Below, one piece after another: positions 26,126 through 38,800 of a stretch of 64,000 nucleotides of DNA. This stretch comes from Spongospora subterranea f. sp. subterranea (lineage: Eukaryota). The notes under the pieces are model-generated. The model saw only the letters and a program-made list of their open reading frames with translations. It had not been told where the DNA came from and searched no databases. Every line of letters starts with the position of its first letter. Position 1 is the first letter of the stretch. Made by a program: the position numbers and the translations under genes. The stretch is taken from the NCBI GenBank assembly GCA_049724395.1, contig JAUGWO010000107.1:186001-250000 (forward strand), in the 5' to 3' direction.

Positions 26126-27243
26126 ATGTCTGCAATGTCCTTAGGGGTGCTCAGAGAATCAATTGCATTCATGTCCAATGCTTTTTGTCAACGTCGATAT
26201 CGCCTCCATTGCCTACGACACGGCGTTAATGATCAGCTATTGCATATGAAACTCGGCCTAGGATCCGTCAAAGGTGATCATCTGTATATCAAAAAGGGAC
26301 CCGGTCTGTCTGACCGAGAAGGGATCAGCACCGCCCATCTTCTTGGTCTATTCATCTCTTTGCCAAAAAGCTGTCACTCTAATAGGATCAGCTTCTTATG
26401 CCTTTCTTCATCCGGATTATCGTCCGACTCCATGATTGTTTTGTCAAGATGTTTCTCCACTCAAATCGTAAACACAGTGCGGGTTTTCTCCGGATGCTTT
26501 GTTGAACACTTTTCAGATTCCGAATGTTGCGGAATTCGATATTTCTGACAACGATATCGGCGATCATGGATTTTCAGTTCTGTGCAATTCCTTGCAAAAC
26601 TGTCGGTCATTCAAGAAGCTGTTCGCCGCCGATATCCACTTGACCACCCGTTTCAATTCCGCATCTTTGGGCGCCTTGATGACGAATTCCTTATCGTTGC
26701 GAACTCTACAGGTCGCATCGACTGCGATGAACACTTATGACGTCGACGGTGATCCTTTATACATGGTTAGTTTCATGGCATCATCCAAAGAAAATTGCCT
26801 TGAAACCATTTTGGTAGGAGATGATAATGAACATTGCTAATCTCGTTGACCAGACCTCACACAAAGTCGCTTTACGACGCCATCCAGAAGAGTTGCCGTT
26901 TTTCCGAAGAAAGACTCGTTTTCCTAATATTATTGGCGTGAATCTTCTGAAAACTATCCAAACGTCGCTGTCGCCCACCCTTGACATCTTGGATATTGCT
27001 GGTAATGTTTCTGAAGATGTATCGGAGCATATCGTAGCTTTGATTCGGGCGATTCGGAGTCCGCTGCGTAGCGTCCGTCTACGTTTACCTATTCATTCTT
27101 ACAATCACGATCTACTTACAGAAACCGTTGTTGTCTGTCTTCGAGATAATCCAAATTTGAGTCTGGACTTTTTGTCGCTCGCAATCACTTCGTCAAAAAC
27201 GAATGCCAATGAGCTCTCCAAGCAGTTCCTTTCCACATCATAA
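26126..27243 (+). CDS. Ribonuclease-inhibitor-like leucine-rich-repeat protein (ends uncertain, possibly damaged)
   Basis: ISFLCLSSSGLSSDS, VAEFDISDNDIGDHGFSVLCNSL and LDILDIAGN. In-frame introns lie at 26468-26516 and 26814-26853. Confidence 0.6.
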
Positions 27244-28405
27244 CCCAATGTGTTCTTCAGATGCACCGCTTCTCACATCAGCCTGGTTGCCTAGATGGAT
27301 GTTTAAAACATCTAGATATATCCTTTCTTTGCACACACTTGCAGTATATCATTTCTTCAACGTCAAATTTGGCACATGTATCAGAGACCGGTGCTGCGTT
27401 TTCCTCCCCGAATATCTGACTTTCTAATGCTATTTGTCACGTGATAACGAGTGGGAATGGTCAAGCAACTTAATTAGGGAACATTGCGATGATTCTTCCT
27501 CCAATGCCGGACCAGGTCTGATGCATGAGAGAACCCGTCCTAAGCACTGATCACTACCAACCACCCGCTCGTGCTCGTGTTCTTCGATATATCATCTGTC
27601 AGATAAAGAAAAAGAATCATCCCTACGTTTGTCGAATAAATGGGGAAGTCCTAACATAACGTGTGGCGGGATATGGACTTTAGCTTGTTTTTGATGGGTT
27701 CTCATAGTTTCGCTAGCATAAATCGTGACCTGGCAGATTCATGAACCTGCAGGGAATTCCTTTTTTTCGCTCACTGGAACACGATTCGGGCCAAGCGACA
27801 TCGTGTTCACCATATAATATCAGATCATCACAAAAATTGCATTCAGCTATGCTGTGCGGTGACCAAGAACGTCGGAAATGAAACATGGTCCGAAACGTTT
27901 GCTCACGTAAATTGGTACAAGTCTTTGTCGTCGGTTGTGCTGATTTACTGTAATCGGAAATAACACGTGGAAGTTCCTACTGACGTCTGGATTTGCTGTC
28001 AGTAAACCCAGACACGTATTATTTTCGGTAACAGTAAAAGCAGCACTGTCACGATTCCAGCAGAGAAGAGCCACTTCGGGATCCCAGAATTCGGAAACGA
28101 AGGTGACACTACAAATTGGGGCAACCACAGCGACGTCATATTCGAATGTTGTAATATAATAACCCAGTCAAGCAAAGACACTATCAGCCAACCCCTACTG
28201 GTGTCATGCGAAGTGTTTGACGATAAAACCGACTACGGAAGGCACATGTACCACTTTCCGGTAAATGCCATTGACAAGCAGAGAACGACCCGGACTCCGT
28301 GCGCAAACAGCTTTGCGGGAACCAGTATTTCGGACTTTTATAGATCTAGGGCTGGCCGACCACCTATGCGAATTGAAATAATAAGGGTGAACACTCAAAA
28401 AAATA

Positions 28406-29443
28406 ATGAAGCCAACTCCTAGCGACATCACGTTTGGCGACGATCTTCACATACACGATATCGCTTTACACCCGAAAAGTGATGTCGCCGGTGCTTGCCT
28501 GGTCGACGGTTCAGTTCATTTGTTTGCATACGATAACGATGGTGCTCAACGCATTCTCTTTTCGTCAAGACATCACTCAGATGCTTGCCGATCAATTGTT
28601 TTCACTTTCTGCGGAAATGGATTATATTCTGCCTCAAAAGATCAGAGTATCGCGGTTCTAGATCTGAATGCGCAGGTTGTAGTTCATCAGGGGAAAAATG
28701 CTCACTCATCTCCCATCAACGTTCTTGGAACGTACGAGCATAATCTTTTGATTTCTGGTGACGATGAAGGCGATGTTTCTCTTTGGGATGTGCGTACTAA
28801 CTGGAGGCAGCCATCAATATCATGGACACAACATGAAAATGCCGATTATATCTCGGATTTTTGTGCTGTACCTGAGCAATTTCACGTTTTGGCAACAAGT
28901 GCTGACGGAACTCTTGGCGTATGGGATATTCGCGGCAAGGGGTCGCTAGAAGCCATGTCTGATTGTGTAGAAGACGAATTACTATCAGTTTGTGTAATCA
29001 AAGGTGGGAAGAAGGTCATTTGCGGATCTCAGGATGGCGTCTTGGTCGTGTTTTCTTACGGTGACTTCGGGGATTATGATGACCGATACCCCGGACACCC
29101 TCAATCGATCGAATCGTTGATCGCAATTGATCAAGACACAGTGTGCACAGCTTCCAGCGATGGCTTAATCCGAATTGTTCAAATCCAACCAAACAAATTA
29201 CTCGGAGTAATCGGGCAATACGATTTCCCTGTTGAGAGGATCAGGTTGTCGCACGACAAGCAATGGATCGCGAGCTGTGCGCATGACGGAGCGGTAAAAT
29301 TCTGGGAGGCAGGGTATTTATTTGAAGTCGACGACGAAGACGATGACGCAGAGGCAGATGAAAACAGCGACACGCCAATGACGGACCGGCCGAATGGATT
29401 ACATCCTCCATCGGGATCATCCTTCTTTGCAGGTCTTGACTAA
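28406..29443 (+). CDS. WDR55: WD-repeat protein WDR55/JIP5, intronless
   Basis: DIALHP, HSDACRSIVF, SGDDEGDVSLWDVR, DYISDF, SDCVEDELLS and an acidic tail ending FFAGLD. Confidence 0.92.
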   Translation: MKPTPSDITFGDDLHIHDIALHPKSDVAGACLVDGSVHLFAYDNDGAQRILFSSRHHSDACRSIVFTFCGNGLYSASKDQSIAVLDLNAQVVVHQGKNAHSSPINVLGTYEHNLLISGDDEGDVSLWDVRTNWRQPSISWTQHENADYISDFCAVPEQFHVLATSADGTLGVWDIRGKGSLEAMSDCVEDELLSVCVIKGGKKVICGSQDGVLVVFSYGDFGDYDDRYPGHPQSIESLIAIDQDTVCTASSDGLIRIVQIQPNKLLGVIGQYDFPVERIRLSHDKQWIASCAHDGAVKFWEAGYLFEVDDEDDDAEADENSDTPMTDRPNGLHPPSGSSFFAGLD

Positions 29444-29744
29444 TATATCTCGTCTACTCATTCAAATGACTAATCGGTTACCGATTTCCCTTGTCTTGTT
29501 CTCGTCTGCCTGCTTGCCGGTCTATGGTCCATTTGTTGTGTTACCATGTGTAGCATTAAGTGTATAGTGGGGTGTTACAGCACCGAGTATAACCGGATCA
29601 TTGAAGACCTCATGGTCACGTTTAATTCTGTTTCCGGGTGTACCGATAAACGTCACTCGTATTGTGTAACTGCGTATCTGACTGTATTTCCATCCCGTAC
29701 AATATTATCAGTTGTTATCCGCTGTTCTTTTGTGCAAAAGGGGG

Positions 29745-31266
29745 ATGAATCAGGAACCACTTGCTTCAGTCCGCGCCCTGATAGATATCACATCAGAGGA
29801 GGGAAGTGAATATTCTCAGAATGTTGTGGAAGATATCTTGCATAACCTCGGCGCCAGAATTGATACTCGATATAATGTTAATACGACGCATCTGATCTGG
29901 AAAGGTCGCCATCTGTAGTTGCGGGAATTCACCGATTGAGCAGCTTACTTACATTAGATGGGGTGAATAAACAGGCGCTGAAAAAGTGTCTCAAATCTCC
30001 TGACGTTCATGTTGTTTCGCCTTTTTGGGCAATTGAGTAACAAAAATTCATCGTTCATTACTCATCAAGCATTGATTGGGCTCACAAACTCTTTAGGTGT
30101 CAACAAGCTAATGAACAAGTTGAAGAGAATGCTTGGCTAGCGGAGAATGTAGATGCACAGGTGTGGCTTATTGACTGAAAAACACTGTTATTTTATTTGT
30201 GCTGGCAGCCGAAATATGTTAATAAAGGGCAAGCCATGCAGGTAAGTGGCAAGAAGATTCCTGTGAAGCGATCATCACCCCACCCAGATAATGAGAAAGA
30301 AAAACCTGCTGGTAGTCACCTTCTCAGCTTACTAAACCGATTTTCAATGGTTGACAGATGAGGATAAGCTACCCATTGTCAGTAAAGGTCCTTCCACCTC
30401 AAAGCAGAACAAAACTAAGAATACGAAGTCAAAAGACACCTCTCTGAAAAAGCCCAATGGCAATGGTAATGACTTGTACAAACAGAATCGCAATCTCCAC
30501 TTGACGGTGCCTCAGCCTATGAAGAACACTCCGATTCAGGTTCAGTAGCATTTGAAAAGGAGAATATTAGCGACGGTAAGGCACGCCTGAAAAAAGCCAC
30601 ACCACCTAGCTCCAAACGGACCAAGAAGGAAAGGCCGAAACTTGATGGCTCAGTTCCAGACCATAGTACGAGCCCTACAATTAGCTTGTCACAAGTTGAT
30701 GAAGTTACAAGTGATGCAGCATTTGACCTTGTTAAAAACTTTGGAATGTACAAAATTATCGATACTGTGGATGCTGATTACGTGATCGTGGAAAAGCCAG
30801 CTCGAACAATCAAAGTATTTTACGCGCTAAGCAAAGGTATCTAAACTGTCACTCTTGTCAAAGAAAATTCGTTGAACCTTTTGTAGGAGCATGGATCGTC
30901 TCTTCGAAATGGGTATTGGATTCGGTCGCTGCTGGTAAATGGTTGTCCCCCACGTCATTTGAATTTCCAGACATTGCCGGAAAGCGGTCAAGAGAAACTC
31001 ATGCTAAGTCCCATTTTAAAGGACTGTTTTATGGTGAGCGTATTTATGTTCGGGAAGGCGTCGAACCTGGTCGAGAAGTAATGCAAGAATTATTTTTGAA
31101 TTGTGGAGCTTCCATAGAAGACGAAGAACATGATGCAACCGTCGTAATCTCATCTGATAATGATCCAGGCACAGTTTCGACAAAATGGTTGTTGGATTCT
31201 CTAATGACATTCCGAAAAAAAGATGCCGAAGAATACATGACTGCTAATGCAAGCCCAATCTTTTGA
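29745..31266 (+). CDS. Microcephalin-like protein: N-terminal BRCT plus C-terminal tandem BRCT
   Basis: RALIDITSEEGSEYSQ...LGARIDTRYNVNTTHLIWKDG...HVVSPFWAIEC, then a basic linker, then RTIKVFYALSKGAWIVSSKWVLDS and LFYGERIYV..ELFLNCGA..STKWLLDS. Confidence 0.75.
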
Positions 31267-31408
31267 TATGTTGACACTATTTTCTCTCACCAAATAAAAC
31301 TTGCCCTACTGTTATCCCATGTTCAAACATGCAGAGTAGCGCGTGCTCATCAACTGTAGTAAATCTGCTAACATTACCGTAGTTTATTAGTGGAAATTTT
31401 TTCCAGTT

Positions 31409-31936
31409 ATGAGTCACAAAGACAAAAGACATACGAGGGAACTGTCGAATTTGGATGATAAATTATCATCGGTTACTTCCGTGTACAACAATTATCGAGT
31501 GAAAAACGGGTGTTCCAAGGTTGATATTCACGGGAAATCTGTGAGTCAAATTTTAAGTAATCTGCAATCAAGTTGTAAAAAATCAGATTGTGGAATGGAC
31601 ATTGCTGACAACGCAACCGGACTTTGCTTGCTTCATTTTCACGAAATGGTCAAGAGGAAACAAGTTCAAAATGTGATGGAAGTCACGCAAACAGTTCACA
31701 GCGATAGGGAAAATACTTTGAATCAAAAGCACTTGATAACATGTGTTGAAAAAGCTTGCTTAAATAAGGTATTTCGTCTGGCGTACTGCAAGCGGCATTA
31801 TACGGAGGTACTGCGGAAAAAAGCTGAGCATTGAAATATACGTGCTGATAATCGATTTTAGATAATCAAGAAGGTTGCATATTCTGAGACTCAAGGTTCC
31901 GAAACGGAAGACGATGATGACGACGACGACGACTAA
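31409..31936 (+). CDS. Hypothetical protein with two C-x4-C-x(9-11)-C-x2-H motifs and a poly-Asp tail, 2 exons
   Basis: CKKSDC...GLCLLH and CVEKAC...AYCKRH. An in-frame intron at about 31808-31861 leads to ...SETEDDDDDDD*. Confidence 0.65.
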
Positions 31937-32032
31937 TACGCAACAAGAGAAACCTCAAAGGATCGTATGAATTAACAACTAGATCTGCAGCAGCAACATG
32001 CTGGCCAAAATGCAGCGTTTATGTTTTGGATA

Positions 32033-34856
32033 CTAAATTGCAAAAACAGTTGCAGCTTCTCGAGCTGCTTGTTTGATACTGGTATTCTGAGAGTTCTTAC
32101 ACTGCGATAGGATCTCCTCTAACCGTGTTCCAAACTTTGAAGTAACAAGTTGCTTTCCTCCAAGATATCCCTGAGAAACAGTCTAAGAAACGAAGATGAA
32201 TTGTATTTCAGCCGCCCCACAATAGTTCCGAGAACTAGCAAAGCCATGAACGTAGGTTTTTCTTTTCGATTAGACGAGAAGAACTGCGGACAGACTGAGA
32301 AACTGCAGTATTGAAGCGATTTGCTTGCGCTTACGGAGAACAATGTTCGGACGATCAATTCTAGAAGAGATAGCGTCTCATCATTTCGTGATTGATAATA
32401 TCTTCCAATATAGCAGATTGCGCTGACGAAAGTGTTAATACACAAAAAAATCAGTGAACGCGTATTGTACTTATGAACAAACACGATGTAGGCAGCATTC
32501 ACGGCAGAATTCGAATGATCTGCCCCAGCAGAGCTCATTTGTATGATCTATACGTAACTGTGTTACGTCTATGCCATTCCAATAATCGTGATACGTACAT
32601 CGCGTACAAATTCCAAAACGCTCTCCGAGGGATCCGTCATAGGCCGAGCACCACGTTTAGCCATCCAGTTGCTAAAAATTTTCATGGCAAGAACAAAATG
32701 TGTCGGCCCGCCATCGGATATGCACTCAGATAGTCTTCGTTTGATTGTAGGTCTCTCACATATATACACGCCATCTGGATGAACTTTGGAGACACAACGA
32801 ATAAAATTCTGATATATAAGAATTACCAGTCCGTACCTGCAGTAATCATTCGAAGAAGATCCAGAATAGGAAGAAGCTTTTCCAAAGGCCACTCGGACAT
32901 CAAGAAAGCGACAAGATCGGACATTTCAATAGTGAATTGGGATTTATCGACATGATACCGTTCGATAGTAGAAACAACCTGATCGAATACTTCCATTTGC
33001 CGCGCATCCAAAGCAGCTGCAGAATTAGATGACACAAAAGTAGCGTTACCGGTTTTGACAGCTCCATCAAGCTGTTTTGTGGATAATCTAACATATCAAA
33101 AGTTGAATTTTTGCGAAAAGAATACCACATGGGCCCTCAACATACTTTGAGTCAACTGAAAACCCCTCACATTTCCAAGCAGGAATCATGTGCAGAGTTG
33201 TAGCATTTGTATGCTCTTCTTGCGATAACCTTGCAACTGGGTTTGCGAGAGGAGTTAAGTAGGATATAATTTGCGGTAGAGCATCTTGTCCGAGACCGTA
33301 TCTTGTGCAAAACGTGCGCGCTACTACATTAGGGTCGTCGGATACGTTGAAGCCCAGTTTTACAGGAGGTGCCCCTTCATGGACGACAACATCGACGATC
33401 TAAATTTTTTAAAAATTTGGATCAGGTAGATGAGGAATGGAAAGGGTAATGCTAACATGGTCGTACTCGACACCATCCAAGACTGGCCGCGCAGCAGAAC
33501 CCAAAGCAGCGCCAATCTATTGGAAAGTACACTTTGAGCGTGTTTGACAAAAATAAATACCATTTCAGATACCTCTTGCCATGCTGCACCATCTTGGTCC
33601 CATTGAAACACTGTTGGCCCCTTGTTCTCAAAGTTGACAATAATTATTTGGCCAGGATGTTCACCAGGGCTTTGCAGCGCCGAAACAGGCCGCAATTGAG
33701 AAGGGTCTAAAGTTTGCATGCTACAACAAGAATCGGTAAACTGCGAGAAAATCGATCAACTCTAGAGCGTACTTTGACGATTCGCTAAGTCTAATGAGTT
33801 CCACGTAAGATGCGCGTTCGCTTTCATCGGCAAGTCTGCTTGCACATTTTGACCATATACGAATAGCCCCATCGCTGCAAGATGTTACAAAGTCGGAGTT
33901 CGACAAAGCCGCGACGTCTCTAACAGAGGATGGATGGCGAACTGCCTGTTCAATCGTCCCGTCTTGCCCAATTACGCGCGCAAATCCGTCTTCCCCCACA
34001 GAGACGATCATTTCGGACAACGGGAGCAGTGCGATACCATACACAAACGAATCGGCGTTTTGAGTAGGCGGATGGGCAAAAACAGACATGACACAGGTGA
34101 TTGGCGGCCCAAGTGTCCAAACTTTAACAAAACCATCATTTGCACACGATGCTAAACCGAGCGGATGGCGTATCACTTTGCGAATGATATCTATGACATG
34201 GTTTAGATGCACCTCGGATTACAGAAAAAAACCAATACGCTGATGGGCATTGTCGTTTTGAGCAATGCAAACGCCGTTTCGCCATAATCTTATAACACCA
34301 CGGCTTCTATTACCGCTCGCAGTGCAAACTTCACCAGTCAAAAGACTGCAAACTTCTACACCGAATTCATGACCTTCCAATTTATGAAAAACCTGCTGTT
34401 TCCGCCAAACTATTGCGGTTCCGTCTTGACTACCGGTGATGACGTCGCCATTGGATACTTGAGCGACGCTATTCACCGGTTTAGAATGACCGATCAATTG
34501 ACCAAGTCTCGATCCATTTGTTGACCAAATAACAGCTCTGCCATCAGTACCGCCGCTAACAAAAGTCCCACGTGTGTGCTTACATATCGCAAGAAGTAAA
34601 CCTGGATTGACTCCATGCAATCTCTGATTATCAAATATACGGTTCTGTCTCCTAGGATGATGATTTAGGATTGACATCAATCCCAGACGTGTAAACTTTA
34701 CCAAGAATTTCCTGTCGATCGTGAAAACAAGGTGACGACCCCTTCAGTAGTAGATGCTACAAAGTTATCATCATCATCAATAGAGACACAGCGTGCCGGT
34801 CCAGAAATATGGGCCTGGAAAGACAGATCATAATCTGTTTGATAATCTGTGTCCAT
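32033..34856 (-). CDS. PLAA: Phospholipase A2-activating protein / Doa1 / Ufd3 (WD40-PFU-PUL)
   Basis: WD40s (SGGTDG, TGSQDGTA, DFVTSCSDGAIRIWS), PFU (VFQWD..WQE, DGVEYDH, LGFNVSDDP..ARTFC) and PUL (EWPLEKLLPILDLLR). Confidence 0.9.
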
Positions 34857-35845
34857 CGATAGCAGTGCCAATATATTGTAGGCGAAATGATAGGCTGAAC
34901 CGGTGATGGATATCCGCACTTATGTACAGTGACTATGGGCGGTATAAAACTGGGATATGAAACAGACCAGAGTCCTCAAGACTGATCCGCTGACTGGAAT
35001 CATCATCTCCAGCAAAACCTGAACTTGAACTTCTGCTCCTGCGGAAACAACGCTCAACCATGTCATTAGCTGGTGGGAGGTTGCCACTGAGGTCTTCTGA
35101 GCTAAATGTTCATGGCTAGTCGCTGAAGTCGTGGAACTGGGCAAGCTCAACTCGATTGTTTTCATGATCGACCAATCGGGTTTGAGTTACTGTAATTTTT
35201 CACGGCTTATTCATGAGGCGGTTCCTCGGCAAATACGTACTGTGTTTTTTCAGGGAAAGACTTTATAAATGTTCTCCACCCTCTAAATATGAATACAATT
35301 TTGCGCGCCTCCGTCACTTTATGCCTAAGTACTGCCTCGCCGACGCCTGGTAGTAACGGATGTACGACGGTTTCTGTTTAAGTTTCCGACGCACACTTTG
35401 TCTGATATGGAAATAAGATGGCTTTTGATTACTTAACGTAATTTCAACTAACCACTATGAGGAGATTATCGAAAATCAGGCGTATTGCAGAAGTATTCAA
35501 AGACAGTGGGTAGTCAAACCGATTAAAAACGGCTACGATTCTTCACGTCACCCGTGAAAGTGAAAAAAGTGTTTTGTTAATGCTGTTTGGCTGGCATCTA
35601 CCTTTCATGAGCATATTACGACTACAGCATGCATATTCTGGTGTGTATGACTAGTACGGTGGATCCCTGTGACTTGTCTGACCCGCGCAATGCATCAGTT
35701 ACGCGACTCGTCCTCCTTTAGTTGATTATGAAATAGTGAAATACGCACATAATCAGTGAGCAACTTCCTTTCAGTATCTCAACCTTTATTGAACGTACCC
35801 GAATAACGGCGCCGATCGGGCGGCGACTACTGTTTAGGAGTGTCC

Positions 35846-38800
35846 ATGGTGGACCATCACCGTCCAAAACAAGGACGGGGAAGCGGTAGAGTTGGGTCCC
35901 AACCTGGAGGTCAATCCGATTCTCGATCTACAATTAAGACTCCGACGGCACATGAACCTTCTTCCCTGACTCAGCCGAACCCCATTCGTATAGCGAAATG
36001 AATCAAATTGTGACGCAAATGTACTTACACTATGCTGTAGGTGGCCAAGTGTCAGCGTCATCGGACATGCCAGGTCCCTTTAGAACACGGTCAACGCCTC
36101 CAACTACTGCACCAGCTCATAGCGATGGTCCGATGCAACCCAGATTTACGCCGCATAAATCTAATGGGCCACCGATAATGTCGTCCTTGCCTGTTTTTGT
36201 TACGCCTCCAGGAAATATGCATCATAGACAATTTCAGCAGATGTACAGCATGTATACAGGGCAATACGCACCCGAAATGTACCAATCTTCTTTATATCAT
36301 CACCAACCTCCCGGTCGTGGATACCCCCCTAATTATATCCAGCAACCTAACCGTATGGCGCAACCACAACCCCGACCTGTAAAAAGAGCCTCAAAGGCAT
36401 TGCAAATTGTCGATCCAGCGACCGGAAAGCCAATTGTTGTCGAATCCTCGACAGATAAATCCTCCCATACATCCGTAAATGGGGGTTCAAATCAAGATAC
36501 CCAATCCGTTGCTGCATCAAGCCAAACGGTCTCTGCTAATTTGACGTCGTCTAGACCAAATGAGTCTATAAATCACTGCCCAGTTGTGAGCGCAAACCTG
36601 ATGCCAACGTCTCAGCCATCGGCCACCTTGGTTTCTCCCTCTCAAGTCAATGCAGCTCTGGTTCTATCTAGCTCAAAGCAAAACATGTCACACAATTCGA
36701 ATATGTCATCGAGAAGCTCAAGTTCCCATCGTCCAGGCACATCATCCAGCGAATGTTCGCAACACAAACAAGCTGGTTCTACCGATGACCTCTCCGAAAA
36801 ATCAGAGTCATCGATATCACCGAACCATGCAAATGAATGCGATATGCCCTCTCACTTAGATATGTCTGTTGTCGTTTGTCCAAAGAAGTCTATTGATTCT
36901 TTGGAGCCTACATCAATTGCTCCAACCAATTCATCAAAAAGTAATAACTCTGACCTAATCTCGGGAACCCCCGGGTCACCCGAAATGGAAGGGCGCCCTC
37001 AATCGGAAATGGGAAATATTTGTTCGAACCTCAAACCAGACTTCGACTCCACGTTAGAATGTCGAGAAACAAGCCACCCTGTTCCGCCAGAAAGTAGGCC
37101 GACAAACGCAGCGTTGAGCTGTACCACTGCATCTGAACAAGAGAAAACAAGCGATTCTATTTCGCAGGAACCAGGCGAGAAATACGCTTCATCTTGCGAT
37201 CATTCACGATCGCAGTCGCAGCAGTCTACTGAAGGAATTAACACAGACACATTGATTTCTCAGACAGTTCAGAATTTAGAGGACGTTTCTTCTGACCATG
37301 AAGTGATTGAAATGGAGCCTTCTGAATCAATCCACAAAATGATCCCAGATATAGTGCAAACTGTAGCCCGCGCGTACACCCTTTTTGAAATGATAACTTT
37401 TAGCAGACATTGTGATGGTGCATTACCTTCAGGCATATCGCTTGATTCTCACTGTCTGAAGCATTCTGGCAACGCAAATGTCAATGGATTCAGTCAAAGC
37501 TTCAATAATTCACGAGGTTTCCAGAACGCTGAGTCTCGACGCCCTAATCGGGCAAGCGCAGGATTTCGCAATGCATTCGGATCCGACTCTAGTTCTCGCA
37601 GGTCGTTTCGCCCCGACGATAAGCACGGTATTGTTCGAATTATTTCAATCATTTGTTTTCAGTTTCTGACAGGCCATGAAATAGATCGAGGGACATCGGA
37701 TAAGTTTGGTGATTCCAACAACCAAGGCAAATATGACAAGGTTCATTACTCCAAAAAGTCTTCAACTCGTGGAGGTGGTTTCGCTCGACAAGATCAAAAT
37801 GAGCGTGCTTCCAATCTCAATTATGTGGAACCTTTGAAAAAGAGCGCCACACGATGGACTCCTAAACAGGTATTGTAGTTGCTTACTTATAAGCTGCGCT
37901 CACCAGTGTTTATTTTTTCAATTCAGCAAGCAGGCACAGACGAAGATGTTTTGAAAAGAAAAATCAAATCTGTTTTGAACAAGTTGACACTCGATAAATT
38001 CGATGTCCTAAGCTCACAATTCCTCTCTTTAGTCAAAGAAAGGGTGTCGACAATGGCTCATCTTAAATTGGTTGTCAAACTAATTTTTGACAAAGCTCTC
38101 TCAGAACCCACGTTTGTGAAAATGTACTCTAGTCTTTGCGTTTCAATTTCTGAGGATATGCCGGAATTTAACGATGAGGAAAACGAGCCAACTCATGAAA
38201 ACAAAAAAGCACAAACTTTTAAACGGCTTCTTTTGAATCAATGCCAACAAGAATTTGAGCGAGGCACTGCCTTCAACATTGATCCAACTGAGGACGAGGA
38301 AAGTCGAGAGGAAAGTCTAAAGCATCAGAAAAGAAGATTTCTTGGCAATGTTCGATTTATTGGAGAACTCTTCAAAGATTCAATGCTTGCTGAACGAATC
38401 ATGCATACCTGCATCTATCATTTTCTTCAAGTTTGGGTACTTTCAATAGCGGTCTTCCTCTATTTTAATGTTTGTACCAGGAGGCCAATGAACCCGTTGA
38501 AGAAGATATCGAAGCATTATGCAAGCTGTTAGCTACAATTGGGAAAAAGTTCGATAGACTGCAAGCAAAAAACCACATTGTAACTTATTCCTGATCATCG
38601 TCTGGCACTTTTAACCATGGTCCAGGATTCGTACTTTGCCAGGATGCATAATATGTCGAAAAATACGGCTCTGTCTGCACGTGCGAGGTTCATGCTTTTA
38701 GATACGATGGATCTACGAAGCTCCGACTGGCAGCCTCGAAGGAAAGAAGTTGAAGCCAAAACAATCGATAAATTTGCGTGAAGCCATGGAGCGTGAGGCT

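Noticed and set aside
27600..28400. Possible minus-strand gene upstream of WDR55
   Set aside because: I could not build a consistent spliced ORF or recognise any motif.
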